Source: an uncultured Erysipelotrichaceae bacterium
Lineage (GTDB): Bacteria > Bacillota_I > Bacilli_A > Erysipelotrichales > Erysipelotrichaceae
DNA: 53,828 nucleotides
Assembly: GCA_910586285.1 (NCBI GenBank)
Contig: CAJUGR010000002.1
Location: 1-53,828 of the forward strand
Direction of reading: 5' to 3'
Part shown: positions 9,444 through 19,808 of the stretch, piece by piece
Layout: each line of letters starts with the position of its first letter
Numbering within the stretch: the stretch's first letter is position 1
The notes under the pieces: generated by a model
What the model saw: only the letters and a program-made list of their open reading frames with translations
The model's database searches: none
What the model was told of the DNA's origin: nothing
Program-made: the position numbers and the translations under genes

Positions 9444-10406
9444 TTAATCGGCGGAAAAAGAATAGCTGAATTGCGCTTCTTTGTCCTCGTTTAGATAGGT
9501 TACGGTCGCTTCTCCATCTTCAATAACCACCTCATATGCAGAACCGTCCCAAATTTCCACATCACACGATTTCATCAAGTTGCCCATGCCGTATTGACTG
9601 GCCTCATACAAATAACGAACCAGTATTTCCAAATCATCGGTACTGATTTCGTCCTCCACAAATACATTTGTATCTCCGTCAAGCGTGAAAGAAGTATATT
9701 CAAAATCCGGTTTTGTGGAATCGATTTCATATGCGCGAGTATTTTTGAATTCATAAAGATCAGATTCATCCTTACTATCCAGTGTTAAGGTTAATTGCAT
9801 ATGCGGTAACACAAGCAGCTGATCAAATTGACTGACGACTTGATTATTTTCATCATATAAATAGACATCTGTCACAATACAGCGATCACCGCTGTTTTCC
9901 ATATCCAAGGCCATCTCATGTGTCTCGGGTAAGTATTGACTCCCATAAACATAAAGATCATCGCCGCCGGGAGTCCATGTATTATCAGCACTTTGCTCGG
10001 TGAATAAAATCAAACCAAAAATTATCTGAATGAAAATAAAAAGAGCAATACCCAACCCAATGACAGTTTTCAGTTGGGTCGGTAAATGAAAGCTTTTTTT
10101 ATTTTTTTGACGTGAATCGCTTTCCCATGTCGGCACACTGCGAACATTCTCATCGCAATGCTCATCTTGTTTTGACTTTGACTGAGAAGCGTTTTTGATC
10201 TTGTGATCAAAAATTCGCTGCTTGTGTAATAATTCATGATGCATTCCTGATTGCTTTGGCTGTTTTAAGGTTTCCTCACCGGCAACGGTGCGAAATCGTG
10301 ATAATTTGGATCGCGCTAATAGCTTTCCGCAAAGCGGACAACGATCACAATAAGTCACGACATTACAATGGGTACAGCGCCGCGGTTCATCAAAGAACTC
10401 ATCCAT
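9444..10406 (-). CDS. Hypothetical single-pass membrane protein with N-terminal Cys-rich zinc ribbon
   Basis: CTHC-x5-CDRCPLCG, basic linker, one TM helix (VIGLGIALFIFIQIIFGLILF), acidic C-terminal domain; start overlaps the miaA stop. Confidence 0.75.
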   Translation of the reverse strand: MDEFFDEPRRCTHCNVVTYCDRCPLCGKLLARSKLSRFRTVAGEETLKQPKQSGMHHELLHKQRIFDHKIKNASQSKSKQDEHCDENVRSVPTWESDSRQKNKKSFHLPTQLKTVIGLGIALFIFIQIIFGLILFTEQSADNTWTPGGDDLYVYGSQYLPETHEMALDMENSGDRCIVTDVYLYDENNQVVSQFDQLLVLPHMQLTLTLDSKDESDLYEFKNTRAYEIDSTKPDFEYTSFTLDGDTNVFVEDEISTDDLEILVRYLYEASQYGMGNLMKSCDVEIWDGSAYEVVIEDGEATVTYLNEDKEAQFSYSFSAD

Positions 10407-11334
10407 GATTCCCATCCCCTTTCGTCTGAAGCCATTGCTCAACATCACTCATAATTCGTTTCTGCCAATCATCCGTTTGGGTATCATACCAGTGCATCGG
10501 CAGCTGATTGCGAAACCATGTATCCTGTCGCTTCGCAAAACGCTTGGTGTTTTTGATAATTTGTTCACCGCATTGTGCAATGGTTGCCTTACCGTTAAAA
10601 TAATCAGACCATTCTTTATAACCGATCGCCTGAAAGCACTGACGTTCCCATATGTTCGGATCACTTTTCACCAATCCCTCTACCTCTTCAAACAATCCTT
10701 GTTTCATCATTAATGCAAAGCGCTGTTCAATCCGTTGATGAAGCTGATCTCGCGGTATCGTCAAGCCGATAAGATATGCATCATAACACAGCTTATGTTC
10801 CTGACGATCAATGATATCACTTTTTTTATCTCCTAAATGTGCCATTTCCAGTGCCCGAATCATACGCTTGCGATTATGCGGATGAATGGTTTCACATGCC
10901 TTGTGATCGACCTGTTTCAATAATGCAAAAAGTTGTGCATTGCTTAACGTCCCCAAAAAAATGATGAAATCTTCATCCTTTGCTTGATCACTAAAGGTAT
11001 AATCGTACAATAAAGATTTAATATATAAGCCGGTTCCGCCACACACAATCGGTAGATGACCGCGATTCGTGATCGCTTCTATCAGTTCTCGTCCTTCTTC
11101 CTGAAAGCTTTTCACATGGTAAGACTCCTCAATGGTATGAGTGTCGATTAAATGATGAGGTATGGAATCCATTTCCGCTGCGGTGATCTTGGCAGTTCCG
11201 ATATTAAGTCCTCGATATACTTGTAACGCATCCCCATTGATAATTTCACCGCTAAATTGTTTCGCTATGGCGATACTGCAGGAAGTTTTTCCGACTGCGG
11301 TAGCCCCGGCAATCACCAATACTTTTCTTTTCAT
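10399..11334 (-). CDS. miaA: tRNA dimethylallyltransferase
   Basis: GATAVGKT, DALQVYRGLNIGTAK, PHHLID, GGTGLY, AIGYKE, FAKRQ.TWF. Confidence 0.95.
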   Translation of the reverse strand: MKRKVLVIAGATAVGKTSCSIAIAKQFSGEIINGDALQVYRGLNIGTAKITAAEMDSIPHHLIDTHTIEESYHVKSFQEEGRELIEAITNRGHLPIVCGGTGLYIKSLLYDYTFSDQAKDEDFIIFLGTLSNAQLFALLKQVDHKACETIHPHNRKRMIRALEMAHLGDKKSDIIDRQEHKLCYDAYLIGLTIPRDQLHQRIEQRFALMMKQGLFEEVEGLVKSDPNIWERQCFQAIGYKEWSDYFNGKATIAQCGEQIIKNTKRFAKRQDTWFRNQLPMHWYDTQTDDWQKRIMSDVEQWLQTKGDGNHG

Positions 11335-11339
11335 CTTCT

Positions 11340-13340
11340 TTACCTTAGAAATTGTTTCACTAATTGTTCATCACTCATGCAGATAAAGGTCGGACGACCA
11401 TGCGGACAGTGAAACGGCTGTTCACATTTGCCCAGATCAGCAATCACCTGCCGCATTTCTTCCATGGTTAAAGTGCGATGAAAACGAATGGAACTATGAC
11501 AAGCCATCGTGGCGATTGCCAGATGACGGATTTTTGCCTCACTGACTTCCCGCTCTTTCATCCAGCCATCAATCAAATCTTGAAGGAATGCCTTTTCTTC
11601 CGTGTTCTGCATCCAGATCGGTAAATCACGAACGACTAGGGTTTGATCACCAAAGCGTTCAAATTGAATTCCCAATATTTGCATCGCTTCATTACATTCA
11701 TCCAGCTGCGACATGATCGTAGGATCGACATCAATAGATATCGGAAGCAACATCGGCTGAGCATCATTATTTCCCGCTAAAATCTGTTTGCGAATTTGTT
11801 CAAAGTGATAGCGCTCCGCCGCAGCATGCTGGTCAATAATATATAAACCTCCCTCTCCCTGCGCAAGAATATAGGATTGATGAAATTGTCCGATGACTTC
11901 CAGTTGAGGTAGGGATGGATTTTTTGCCGGTGTGCTTTTTATTTCCGTTTTTTCCATCACATCTTTTACGGGTTCTTTGATCTCGGCATCCTTTTGGGAA
12001 ATAGTTGTTATATCTAGGGAAATAAGTTCTTTTTTGCTTTTTTGTTCCGGTCTTTGAAGAATGGGACGGGAGCGCTGCGGATAGGTAATTCCACAATCTT
12101 CCACCATCATTTCCGGTGTCGATTTTGTTTGAATATTGTTGGTTTCCCGCGGCGTCTCTGAAACCGGCTCCATCATTTTTTTGCGTATTTCTTCAAAGTC
12201 CAATGAAGGAAGGGTATCCGGATTTTGAAACCCCTCATTCACTTCCTGATGAAGCTTCTTTAGCTTGGGATCGCGCTCATAGCTCAAATCTAATTCCATT
12301 ATTTCCGGCTTTGACTGTGGTTGTTTCATCGTCACCTCGGCAACCTGTAAATGTTCCTTCAACACGGATTCCACACTTTGATAAAGCAGCTTCTCCAACT
12401 GCTTTTCTTTTGATAAGCGAATTTCCCACTTGGAAGGATGAACATTGACATCCACCAACTGTGCATCCATGTTTATGTTCAATACCGCAATCGGATAGCG
12501 ATCTTTGGGCATATAGTCATGATACGCATCGATAATCGCCTTCTGTAAATGATAATTACGAATCATCCGATGATTCACAAACAAGATCATATAATATTTC
12601 GTTGCCCGATTGTGATGTGGTTGCGCAATATAGCCGCTGATTTGATAATCAAAATCACTGTTTTCCACCGCAATAGCGCTCTTTGCGACATCGCGGCCGT
12701 ATATTTGCATCAACACTTCCTGTAATTGATTTGTTCCTTTTGTTTGAAATACTTGTTTCCCGTCATGTGATAAATAAAAGGCAATATCTGGATGTGCCAA
12801 TGCGAATTTCTGGACGATATCCAAAATCAATGAGAATTCATATTGCGGGCTTTTGAGATGTTTAAAGCGAGCCGGAGTTTTCTGAAATAAATTGCTGACT
12901 TCAATACTTGTGCCCTGAGGCGCTCCCGCCGCATGAACATCCTGAAGCTTTCCGTAATATAATTCGACTTCGGTGCTTTCTTTGCCGTTATTAGTGCGTA
13001 ATCGCACCTGCGATACTGCCGCAATCGAAGGAAGGGCTTCTCCGCGAAAGCCCATTGTATGAATATTCCATAAATCACTCTCTTCTTTCAGCTTACTGGT
13101 GGCATGACGTTCAAAAGCGATTTTGGCGTCCTCACGGTCCATTCCGATACCATCATCAGTAATGATGATGGAACCGATTCCACCTTGTGTGATTTGGATT
13201 TCTATGGTCTTTGCTTCAGCATCAATCGCATTCTCAACCAACTCTTTCACTACTCCGGAAGGGCGTTCCACCACTTCACCGGCCGCAATCATATTGCATA
13301 AGTGTTCATCCAGACAATTGATTTTTCCCATGGTATTCAT
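11340..13340 (-). CDS. mutL: DNA mismatch repair endonuclease MutL
   Basis: IAAGEVVERP, HATSK, GFRGEAL, DVNVHPSK, DQHAAAER, CPHGRP. Confidence 0.97.
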   Translation of the reverse strand: MNTMGKINCLDEHLCNMIAAGEVVERPSGVVKELVENAIDAEAKTIEIQITQGGIGSIIITDDGIGMDREDAKIAFERHATSKLKEESDLWNIHTMGFRGEALPSIAAVSQVRLRTNNGKESTEVELYYGKLQDVHAAGAPQGTSIEVSNLFQKTPARFKHLKSPQYEFSLILDIVQKFALAHPDIAFYLSHDGKQVFQTKGTNQLQEVLMQIYGRDVAKSAIAVENSDFDYQISGYIAQPHHNRATKYYMILFVNHRMIRNYHLQKAIIDAYHDYMPKDRYPIAVLNINMDAQLVDVNVHPSKWEIRLSKEKQLEKLLYQSVESVLKEHLQVAEVTMKQPQSKPEIMELDLSYERDPKLKKLHQEVNEGFQNPDTLPSLDFEEIRKKMMEPVSETPRETNNIQTKSTPEMMVEDCGITYPQRSRPILQRPEQKSKKELISLDITTISQKDAEIKEPVKDVMEKTEIKSTPAKNPSLPQLEVIGQFHQSYILAQGEGGLYIIDQHAAAERYHFEQIRKQILAGNNDAQPMLLPISIDVDPTIMSQLDECNEAMQILGIQFERFGDQTLVVRDLPIWMQNTEEKAFLQDLIDGWMKEREVSEAKIRHLAIATMACHSSIRFHRTLTMEEMRQVIADLGKCEQPFHCPHGRPTFICMSDEQLVKQFLR

Positions 13341-13363
13341 CCCTCTCTTTCCCGTAATAATGA

Positions 13364-15913
13364 TCAGGAAATGATCTTTTTCAAATCATGAATCAGAATC
13401 AATGCTTCCATCGGCGTCATACGATCAGTTTCCACCTGCATCAACTTCTCTTTCATTTCTGCTAATTTCGGATCGGTTTTTTCCATCTGTACCGGCTGGT
13501 GCAACAGATCCATAGCCGCATCACTGTTTTGATCCTGTACTTCTAAGTAAGATAAAATATATTTGGCACGATCCAATATAGGAGCAGGAAGTTTAGCCAA
13601 TCTTGCGACATTAATTCCATATGACTTATCTGCTTTCCCTTCACTTACCCGATAAAGGAAAGTGACATCATCGTTTTTCTCATGAACTTCTACATGTACA
13701 TTGCGAATTCCTTCATGATGATCAGCCATTTGTGTCAGTTCATGGTAGTGTGTGGAAAATAATGTTTTGGCATGAATGTTCTGTTCAATATATTCAATCA
13801 TAGATTGCGCCAGTGCCATGCCATCATAAGTGGAGGTACCCCTCCCGATTTCATCAAATAGAATCAATGAATGTGCCGTGGCATTTTGAAGCGCCTGATT
13901 GGCTTCCATCATTTCCACCATGAAGGTCGACTGACCTGACATGATATCATCACTGGCCCCGATACGGGTAAAGATTTGATCAAACAACGGCAGTTCCGCT
14001 TTGCGTGCCGGAACAAAACAGCCAAGCTGTGCCATAATCACAATTAACGCGGTTTGGCGCATATAAGTTGACTTGCCGCCCATATTCGGGCCGGTAATCA
14101 TCAGTATGGAATCGGTTTCACTCATGTGAAGGTGGTTGGATACATAACGGGTGGCTTGTTTCATCATCTTCTCTAAGATCGGATGTCGTGCCTCTTCCAA
14201 CAAAATGGCTGTCTCCCTGTGAAACTTTGGTCGGGTATATCCGTTTTCACTTGATATCTCCGCCAATGCATATAAGGTATCAATGGTGGCCAATGCATTG
14301 GCCATGTCATGCAGCTTAGGAATATATTGTTTTACTAAGTCCAATAAAGCCGCAAACAATTCACTTTCCAAGCGAATACTGCGTTCCTGCGCATGTACGA
14401 TAGCATCCTCTTTTTCTTTTAACTCCGCAGTGACGAAGCGTTCTGCATTGGTCAATGTTTGTTTACGCACATAGCCGAATTCTTCCTTAATTTGATCCAA
14501 ATTGGCTTTGGTGACTTCAATATAATAACCAAAAACGCGATTATACCCGATTTTTAGTGATTTCACTTTGGTACGTTCCCGCTCCTTGGCTTCTAATTCC
14601 AAAATCCATTCTTTTCCGCTTTTTCCGATCTTACGCAGGCGATCGAGTTCTTCATGATAACCATCGACAAAGATGCCTCCCTCTTTCAAGTTCAGCGGCG
14701 GATTCTCCACAATCGCACCGTTTAATTGTTCATATAATGGTTGACATAAGTCAATATGTTGAAAGTTTTGATAGCTGGGACAAGCGCGAAACAACGAAAA
14801 GATGGCCGGTACATGTTCCAGCGTTTTCACAAAGCGCTGAATATCCCGCGGGTTGGCATTGCCGTAAGCCACTCGCGCACTTAATCGTTCCAAATCGTAA
14901 ACGCTTCCTAAATGTTCTCGCAGTTCATCTTTCGTAATAAAATTTTCATTTAGATATTCTACTGCATCCAATCTCCGATTAATCTCATTTACATCTACCA
15001 ACGGATATTCAATCCATTTTTTCAGCATCCGTGAACCCATTGCACTTTGGCATTTATCCATAAAGCTCCATAAGGTTTGACTTTTGGTATTCGTTCTTAA
15101 CGGACGGATCAATTCCAGATTTTGTCGGGTATGAAAATCCATTTGTAAAAAGTCTGCTTCATGAATCCATTGTACAGGACTTAAATGAGTCATGTTGCGC
15201 TTTTGCGTTTCATCCAAATAATTGGTCAATAGCGCAAAGCAATAGTGAATTCGTTCATCCTTGATGCCGCTTAATAAATGTTCATATTCCGCTTTACACG
15301 TATGATTTTCTTCCAGTGAAATCGTGATCGTCTCCAGATCTTCGATCATTTTGCGCACTTTTTTATCAAACCGCGGTTCCACAACAACTTCTGCAACGTT
15401 ATTTCCCAACAATACCTTTTGAATTGCCATGACTTGTTTATCAATGATCTGCGCATGGATTTCTCCGGTGGTCATTTCACAATATACGACTGCCAAGCCA
15501 TATTGAAAGTCATGCAGCGCAGCGATGTACACCGTATTTTTATCATCCTGAACATCTTCCATGATCGTTCCCGGTGTGATGATTTTTATGACATCTCTTT
15601 TGACCAATCCCTTAGCCAGTGCCGGATCTTCCAGCTGTTCGACAATCGCAACTTTATAGCCTTTTTGAATTAATCGCTGAATATAACCGCTGGCCGCATG
15701 AAAAGGAATTCCGCACATCGGAACGCGCTCTTCCACTCCGGCATTTCTTCCGGTTAAAACCAGATCCAATTCTGACGATGCCGTTTTCGCATCTTCAAAA
15801 AACATCTCATAAAAATCACCGAGTCGATAGAAAACGATTGCATCCGGATGCTTTTCTTTGACTTCCAGATAATGATTCATCATCGGTGTATATTTTCCCT
15901 TTTCCGCTGCCAA
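13364..15913 (-). CDS. mutS: DNA mismatch repair protein MutS
   Basis: TPMM..Y, FYRLGDFYEMFF, TGPNMGGKSTYMRQ, DEIGRGTST, SYGINVA; TTG start with GGAGGGG RBS. Confidence 0.97.
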   Translation of the reverse strand: MAAEKGKYTPMMNHYLEVKEKHPDAIVFYRLGDFYEMFFEDAKTASSELDLVLTGRNAGVEERVPMCGIPFHAASGYIQRLIQKGYKVAIVEQLEDPALAKGLVKRDVIKIITPGTIMEDVQDDKNTVYIAALHDFQYGLAVVYCEMTTGEIHAQIIDKQVMAIQKVLLGNNVAEVVVEPRFDKKVRKMIEDLETITISLEENHTCKAEYEHLLSGIKDERIHYCFALLTNYLDETQKRNMTHLSPVQWIHEADFLQMDFHTRQNLELIRPLRTNTKSQTLWSFMDKCQSAMGSRMLKKWIEYPLVDVNEINRRLDAVEYLNENFITKDELREHLGSVYDLERLSARVAYGNANPRDIQRFVKTLEHVPAIFSLFRACPSYQNFQHIDLCQPLYEQLNGAIVENPPLNLKEGGIFVDGYHEELDRLRKIGKSGKEWILELEAKERERTKVKSLKIGYNRVFGYYIEVTKANLDQIKEEFGYVRKQTLTNAERFVTAELKEKEDAIVHAQERSIRLESELFAALLDLVKQYIPKLHDMANALATIDTLYALAEISSENGYTRPKFHRETAILLEEARHPILEKMMKQATRYVSNHLHMSETDSILMITGPNMGGKSTYMRQTALIVIMAQLGCFVPARKAELPLFDQIFTRIGASDDIMSGQSTFMVEMMEANQALQNATAHSLILFDEIGRGTSTYDGMALAQSMIEYIEQNIHAKTLFSTHYHELTQMADHHEGIRNVHVEVHEKNDDVTFLYRVSEGKADKSYGINVARLAKLPAPILDRAKYILSYLEVQDQNSDAAMDLLHQPVQMEKTDPKLAEMKEKLMQVETDRMTPMEALILIHDLKKIIS

Positions 15914-16000
15914 AATGACCCCTCCGTTTCAGGACTATATTATATCAAAAAATGGCGTCTTTTGTCATAATTCGCACTGTAAATTCCTTCCCATCTTTAC

Positions 16001-16034
16001 AAAAAAAGAACCTCGCTATGAAGTCCTTCTCTTT
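16001..16034 (-). terminator. Intrinsic terminator after the PTS-like gene
   Basis: AGAAGGACUUC-AUAGC-GAGGUUCUUUUUUU. Confidence 0.55.
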
Positions 16035-17572
16035 TATGACATGCGCTTTAATTCTTTTTTTATTTCCTTGGCAATAATGGTAGACAGATTGCCCAACCTG
16101 ATCAAATAACCCTCTTTGGCTTCCAAAATCAAATAAGCGCCTTCCTGTCGCAACAGATTGAAGTTGACTTTATCACGATGATGCAGCGCCACGGTCATCT
16201 TATCCGGAGTAGAGGAAACCGATCGTATGTTATTTAAACCACCAAGTGCTTCAATCACCCGTTTACATACCTCACGACGATTGTTAAAATTAAACAGACC
16301 GATCGCAAAATGGCTGAAGTAAAAGCGAGTAGCAAAAAAGAACAGTACCAAAATCACGACTCCGACGCCTGCCATCATTGAAAAAGCATAGGACATTTCC
16401 GGATTTCTGAAATAAAGCAACAGATCCAGCATAGATCCAGGATTCGCTACCATCAGCGATCCTTTAAACCAATATCCTACGGCGACTCCCATCATTTGGA
16501 AACCGGCAAACAGAAAACCTACGACAATCAAGTACAACAAATACAACATCGGTGCCAGCACCAGCATTAATATTTCCATTGGTAAGGCATTGCCGCTAAT
16601 CACAGACAGTAAGATGGCGATGATAAAGAACAAGAGATAACGCTTGCGATCTTTCTTTTCGTTGACCATAGAGAGATAACCAAGCAAAAATCCCGGTACC
16701 AGGAAAATATTGATCACATAATACGGTGTGATCAAATGTCCGGCATTGGTTGTGACAATTTGCAGATTCTGCATCGCATACCATGCATTGACATCGCCGG
16801 GATAAAGAACGCCGAAGCTATCAGTCGCACTGCCACCCAATTCACTAAACCAAAACGCTTCCCGTGATATATCCTGTAACCCGAAAATTGCCGATAGACG
16901 CTCCGTTACACCATAGATAAACAAATTCATCGGATTTATCAAATCCTTCGCTAAAAATTCATGAAGATTATTAATAATAAGGATAACCAACGCCCAACCA
17001 TACGCAAACATAATTCCACACACTACACTGATAGCGATACTCAATAACATTGCCCACGCATCATGATCAATAAATGATAACATTCCGTGCATCGTATAAT
17101 GCCGAGACTTGCGATAAGCGTACATCGTGATAAAATAGGCAGCCAGTAATGAGAAAATTCCGGTATTATACGGAATTCTAATAACCTCACCGAAAATGCT
17201 CTCGCTGTCAAAGCTGATCTGCATTCCCAACATATTGCCGTAAAAATAACTCGGTGCATCCGTTTTATTTAAAAACAGTATCATTAGATTAATAACAATA
17301 TAACTTAACAAGCCGATAAATACCGGCACCGAATCTTCAAACTTTCTTGTCAATACGACCACAAAGACCAATAAGGGAAAGATTCGAATCAAAAATCCTC
17401 CGCTGTATCGCATAATTTCACAAATCATTATGACAATTTCATTTTTCACTTCCCACAAATAAGCAACATTGGGATTGATAATCGCATTACCGACACTCAA
17501 CAGCATGGTCGCTACAAACAGTACCTTCAGCGGGAATTGTATATATTCTAACATGGCATGCCACCTTGTCAT
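16034..17572 (-). CDS. Glucose-family PTS EIIC-EIIB-like membrane protein with degenerate catalytic motifs
   Basis: Multi-TM EIIC-like region (FIYGVTERL..FGL, FWF.ELGG, GDVNAW) plus C-terminal EIIB-like ALGG..NI segment; ATG at 17572 with AGAGGTG RBS; promoter TTGAAG-17-TATCAT at 17620-17592. Confidence 0.75.
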   Translation of the reverse strand: MTRWHAMLEYIQFPLKVLFVATMLLSVGNAIINPNVAYLWEVKNEIVIMICEIMRYSGGFLIRIFPLLVFVVVLTRKFEDSVPVFIGLLSYIVINLMILFLNKTDAPSYFYGNMLGMQISFDSESIFGEVIRIPYNTGIFSLLAAYFITMYAYRKSRHYTMHGMLSFIDHDAWAMLLSIAISVVCGIMFAYGWALVILIINNLHEFLAKDLINPMNLFIYGVTERLSAIFGLQDISREAFWFSELGGSATDSFGVLYPGDVNAWYAMQNLQIVTTNAGHLITPYYVINIFLVPGFLLGYLSMVNEKKDRKRYLLFFIIAILLSVISGNALPMEILMLVLAPMLYLLYLIVVGFLFAGFQMMGVAVGYWFKGSLMVANPGSMLDLLLYFRNPEMSYAFSMMAGVGVVILVLFFFATRFYFSHFAIGLFNFNNRREVCKRVIEALGGLNNIRSVSSTPDKMTVALHHRDKVNFNLLRQEGAYLILEAKEGYLIRLGNLSTIIAKEIKKELKRMS

Positions 17573-17705
17573 AAAATCACCTCTTGATATAATGATACCA
17601 TTTTGATATGGTGACTTCAAATATTTTATTGACTTTTATCCCTACCGAATTACAAATCTTTCCGTTCATGTTATAATAATAGCGATGCGACAAAGGAGTG
17701 ATGTT

Positions 17706-18935
17706 ATGAAGCAGGAACTGTTTCAAGTAAAAGAACCGAAACATTATGATTTTATCTTATTGGCAATTCTCGGCCTCATGGCAATCACCAGTATTGTCGC
17801 AATTTACAGCGCATTTGAACTCATTACCAGTGAAAATCCGACCATGTTGCTGATGAAACAAATCATGTGGTATATATTGGGTTTTATTGTCATGTCACTG
17901 ATTATGTATTTAGGCAACGATATCATTTATTCCTATGCCAAAAAGGCCTATTGGTTCATGTTGGCTGCGCTGGTTTATCTGTTTATCAGTAAATATATTG
18001 TAAGTCGCTTTTTCGGATATGAACACAATCTGCCCTTTGTTACACCGATTAACGGCGCGACCTCATGGTTTCAGTTTCCCGGCATCGGTTCCTTTCAACC
18101 AAGTGAATTTATGAAGGTCATATTAATCATGATTACTGCCGGGGTTATTGATGAGCATAATGCCGCAAAAGTAATTGATACTTATGAAAGTGATATTCAA
18201 TTATTTCTAAAAGTGATTCGCTGGGCCTTTCCGCCACTGTTATTAATTCTGGTTCAGCCTGATACCGGTATCTGTATTATCATTTTTATTTCCTTAACTG
18301 TAATGTTGATGTGTTCCGGTATTAAGAATATGTGGATTATCACCGGTGCCGGTATTGTCATCTTAATGTTGGCCGGTTTCTTCTATCTTTATTTTTATAA
18401 CAATGCTTTATTGATCTCACTATTTGGTGAGAACAGTTTATACAAATTGGATCGCATCAAGGGTTGGTTGGAACCGGAATCAGATATTTTACATACCGGC
18501 AACCAGCTATATACAGCTTTGATGGCGATGGGTTCTGCCGGTCTCAGCGGTCATGGACTCCAACAGTATTTAGTGAGAATTCCGGAAGCACAAACCGATT
18601 TCATCTTTGCGGTGATTGGGCAAAGCTTCGGTTTCATCGGAACGTTGGGTGTTGTCATACTCTGCTTAGCTTTGGATATGAAATTATTGCGTGTCGCTAC
18701 GTTGACCAAAACAACACGGGATAAGTATTATATTACCGGCGTTTTGGGTATGTTGCTGTTTCAACAATTTCAAAATATTGGTATGATCATTGGTTTATTG
18801 CCGATTACCGGCATCACATTGCCATTCATATCTTACGGCGGCTCCTCACTGTTATCTTATTTTATTGCACTGGGCTTAATCATGAATACCAGTTCAAAAG
18901 CAAAAAAGCTGTCTGATTACGTCTATGAATCCTAA
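17706..18935 (+). CDS. SEDS-family peptidoglycan glycosyltransferase (RodA/FtsW/SpoVE)
   Basis: INGATSW, FQPSEFMK, QPDTG, PEAQTDFIFAVIG, LPITGITLPFISYGGSS; AAGGAG RBS; TGtTATAAT at 17669-17677. Confidence 0.93.
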   Translation: MKQELFQVKEPKHYDFILLAILGLMAITSIVAIYSAFELITSENPTMLLMKQIMWYILGFIVMSLIMYLGNDIIYSYAKKAYWFMLAALVYLFISKYIVSRFFGYEHNLPFVTPINGATSWFQFPGIGSFQPSEFMKVILIMITAGVIDEHNAAKVIDTYESDIQLFLKVIRWAFPPLLLILVQPDTGICIIIFISLTVMLMCSGIKNMWIITGAGIVILMLAGFFYLYFYNNALLISLFGENSLYKLDRIKGWLEPESDILHTGNQLYTALMAMGSAGLSGHGLQQYLVRIPEAQTDFIFAVIGQSFGFIGTLGVVILCLALDMKLLRVATLTKTTRDKYYITGVLGMLLFQQFQNIGMIIGLLPITGITLPFISYGGSSLLSYFIALGLIMNTSSKAKKLSDYVYES

Positions 18936-18980
18936 ATATGGGTAATTACGTAATCAACAGCTTTTTCTTTGTTTGTTAGA

Positions 18981-19751
18981 TTAATATAAATTCTTTAATC
19001 GTTGTAAATAACTGTATTCCCGATAACGGGCAAAACGTACACATCGATCGGACATCGTACAAATCACTTGATTTACTCCATCTAAAGTTTGATGTAAATG
19101 ATCGTAACATAATAGCGCATCAGAAAAGTCGTTGCTCGTCAATTCAACCTTTCGATCCATTTTTAATATATAGGGATTTCCTAAGGATCGCTGTTTACAA
19201 TGTTGAATAGAGGTAATTTCTGCCAACTGCATAATATTTAAACCATTATCGATCACTGCCCCGCCCAAGCTGCGATTATAAGCAGTAGAGCCTGCTTGGG
19301 TACTCAAACAAATTCCCGACCCTCGACACGTTTCAAAAAACTCTCCGTCCACTTTAATATCAACCACTTGGGTACGCTTGACATTTTCAATTCGTAATTC
19401 GTTAAGAGCAAACAATTGTTCCTTACCGGTATTGATATTCAACAAATAGGAACGGAAAATTTCCGGTTCATGATGTAAAATATCATGGAGGCATAATGTT
19501 AATTCTTCTTCTGTATAATCGGTAAAAAAGCCCAATGTACCGGTATGAATACCGACAAAACAGAGGTCTTCCAGCTGATCCAAATATTTATGAACTGCGT
19601 ATAACAGCGTTCCGTCCCCTCCGACACAAATGACCAACTGTGGCTTATTTTTATCCATAACCCAACCGTTTGCGGATAATTCCCGATTTATTTGCTGTTC
19701 AATCAGAAAAGATTTTTCATTTTTTTTCGCGACAATCGCAAATTTATTCAT
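18981..19751 (-). CDS. nadK: NAD kinase
   Basis: GGDGTLL, GIHTGTLGFFTD, ALNE, STQAGSTAYNRSLGG. Confidence 0.93.
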   Translation of the reverse strand: MNKFAIVAKKNEKSFLIEQQINRELSANGWVMDKNKPQLVICVGGDGTLLYAVHKYLDQLEDLCFVGIHTGTLGFFTDYTEEELTLCLHDILHHEPEIFRSYLLNINTGKEQLFALNELRIENVKRTQVVDIKVDGEFFETCRGSGICLSTQAGSTAYNRSLGGAVIDNGLNIMQLAEITSIQHCKQRSLGNPYILKMDRKVELTSNDFSDALLCYDHLHQTLDGVNQVICTMSDRCVRFARYREYSYLQRLKNLY

Positions 19752-19808
19752 GAAATCACTTCCCTTTCCTTTTTATCTATTGTATCATAACAACGGCGGT
19801 GATGAAAC

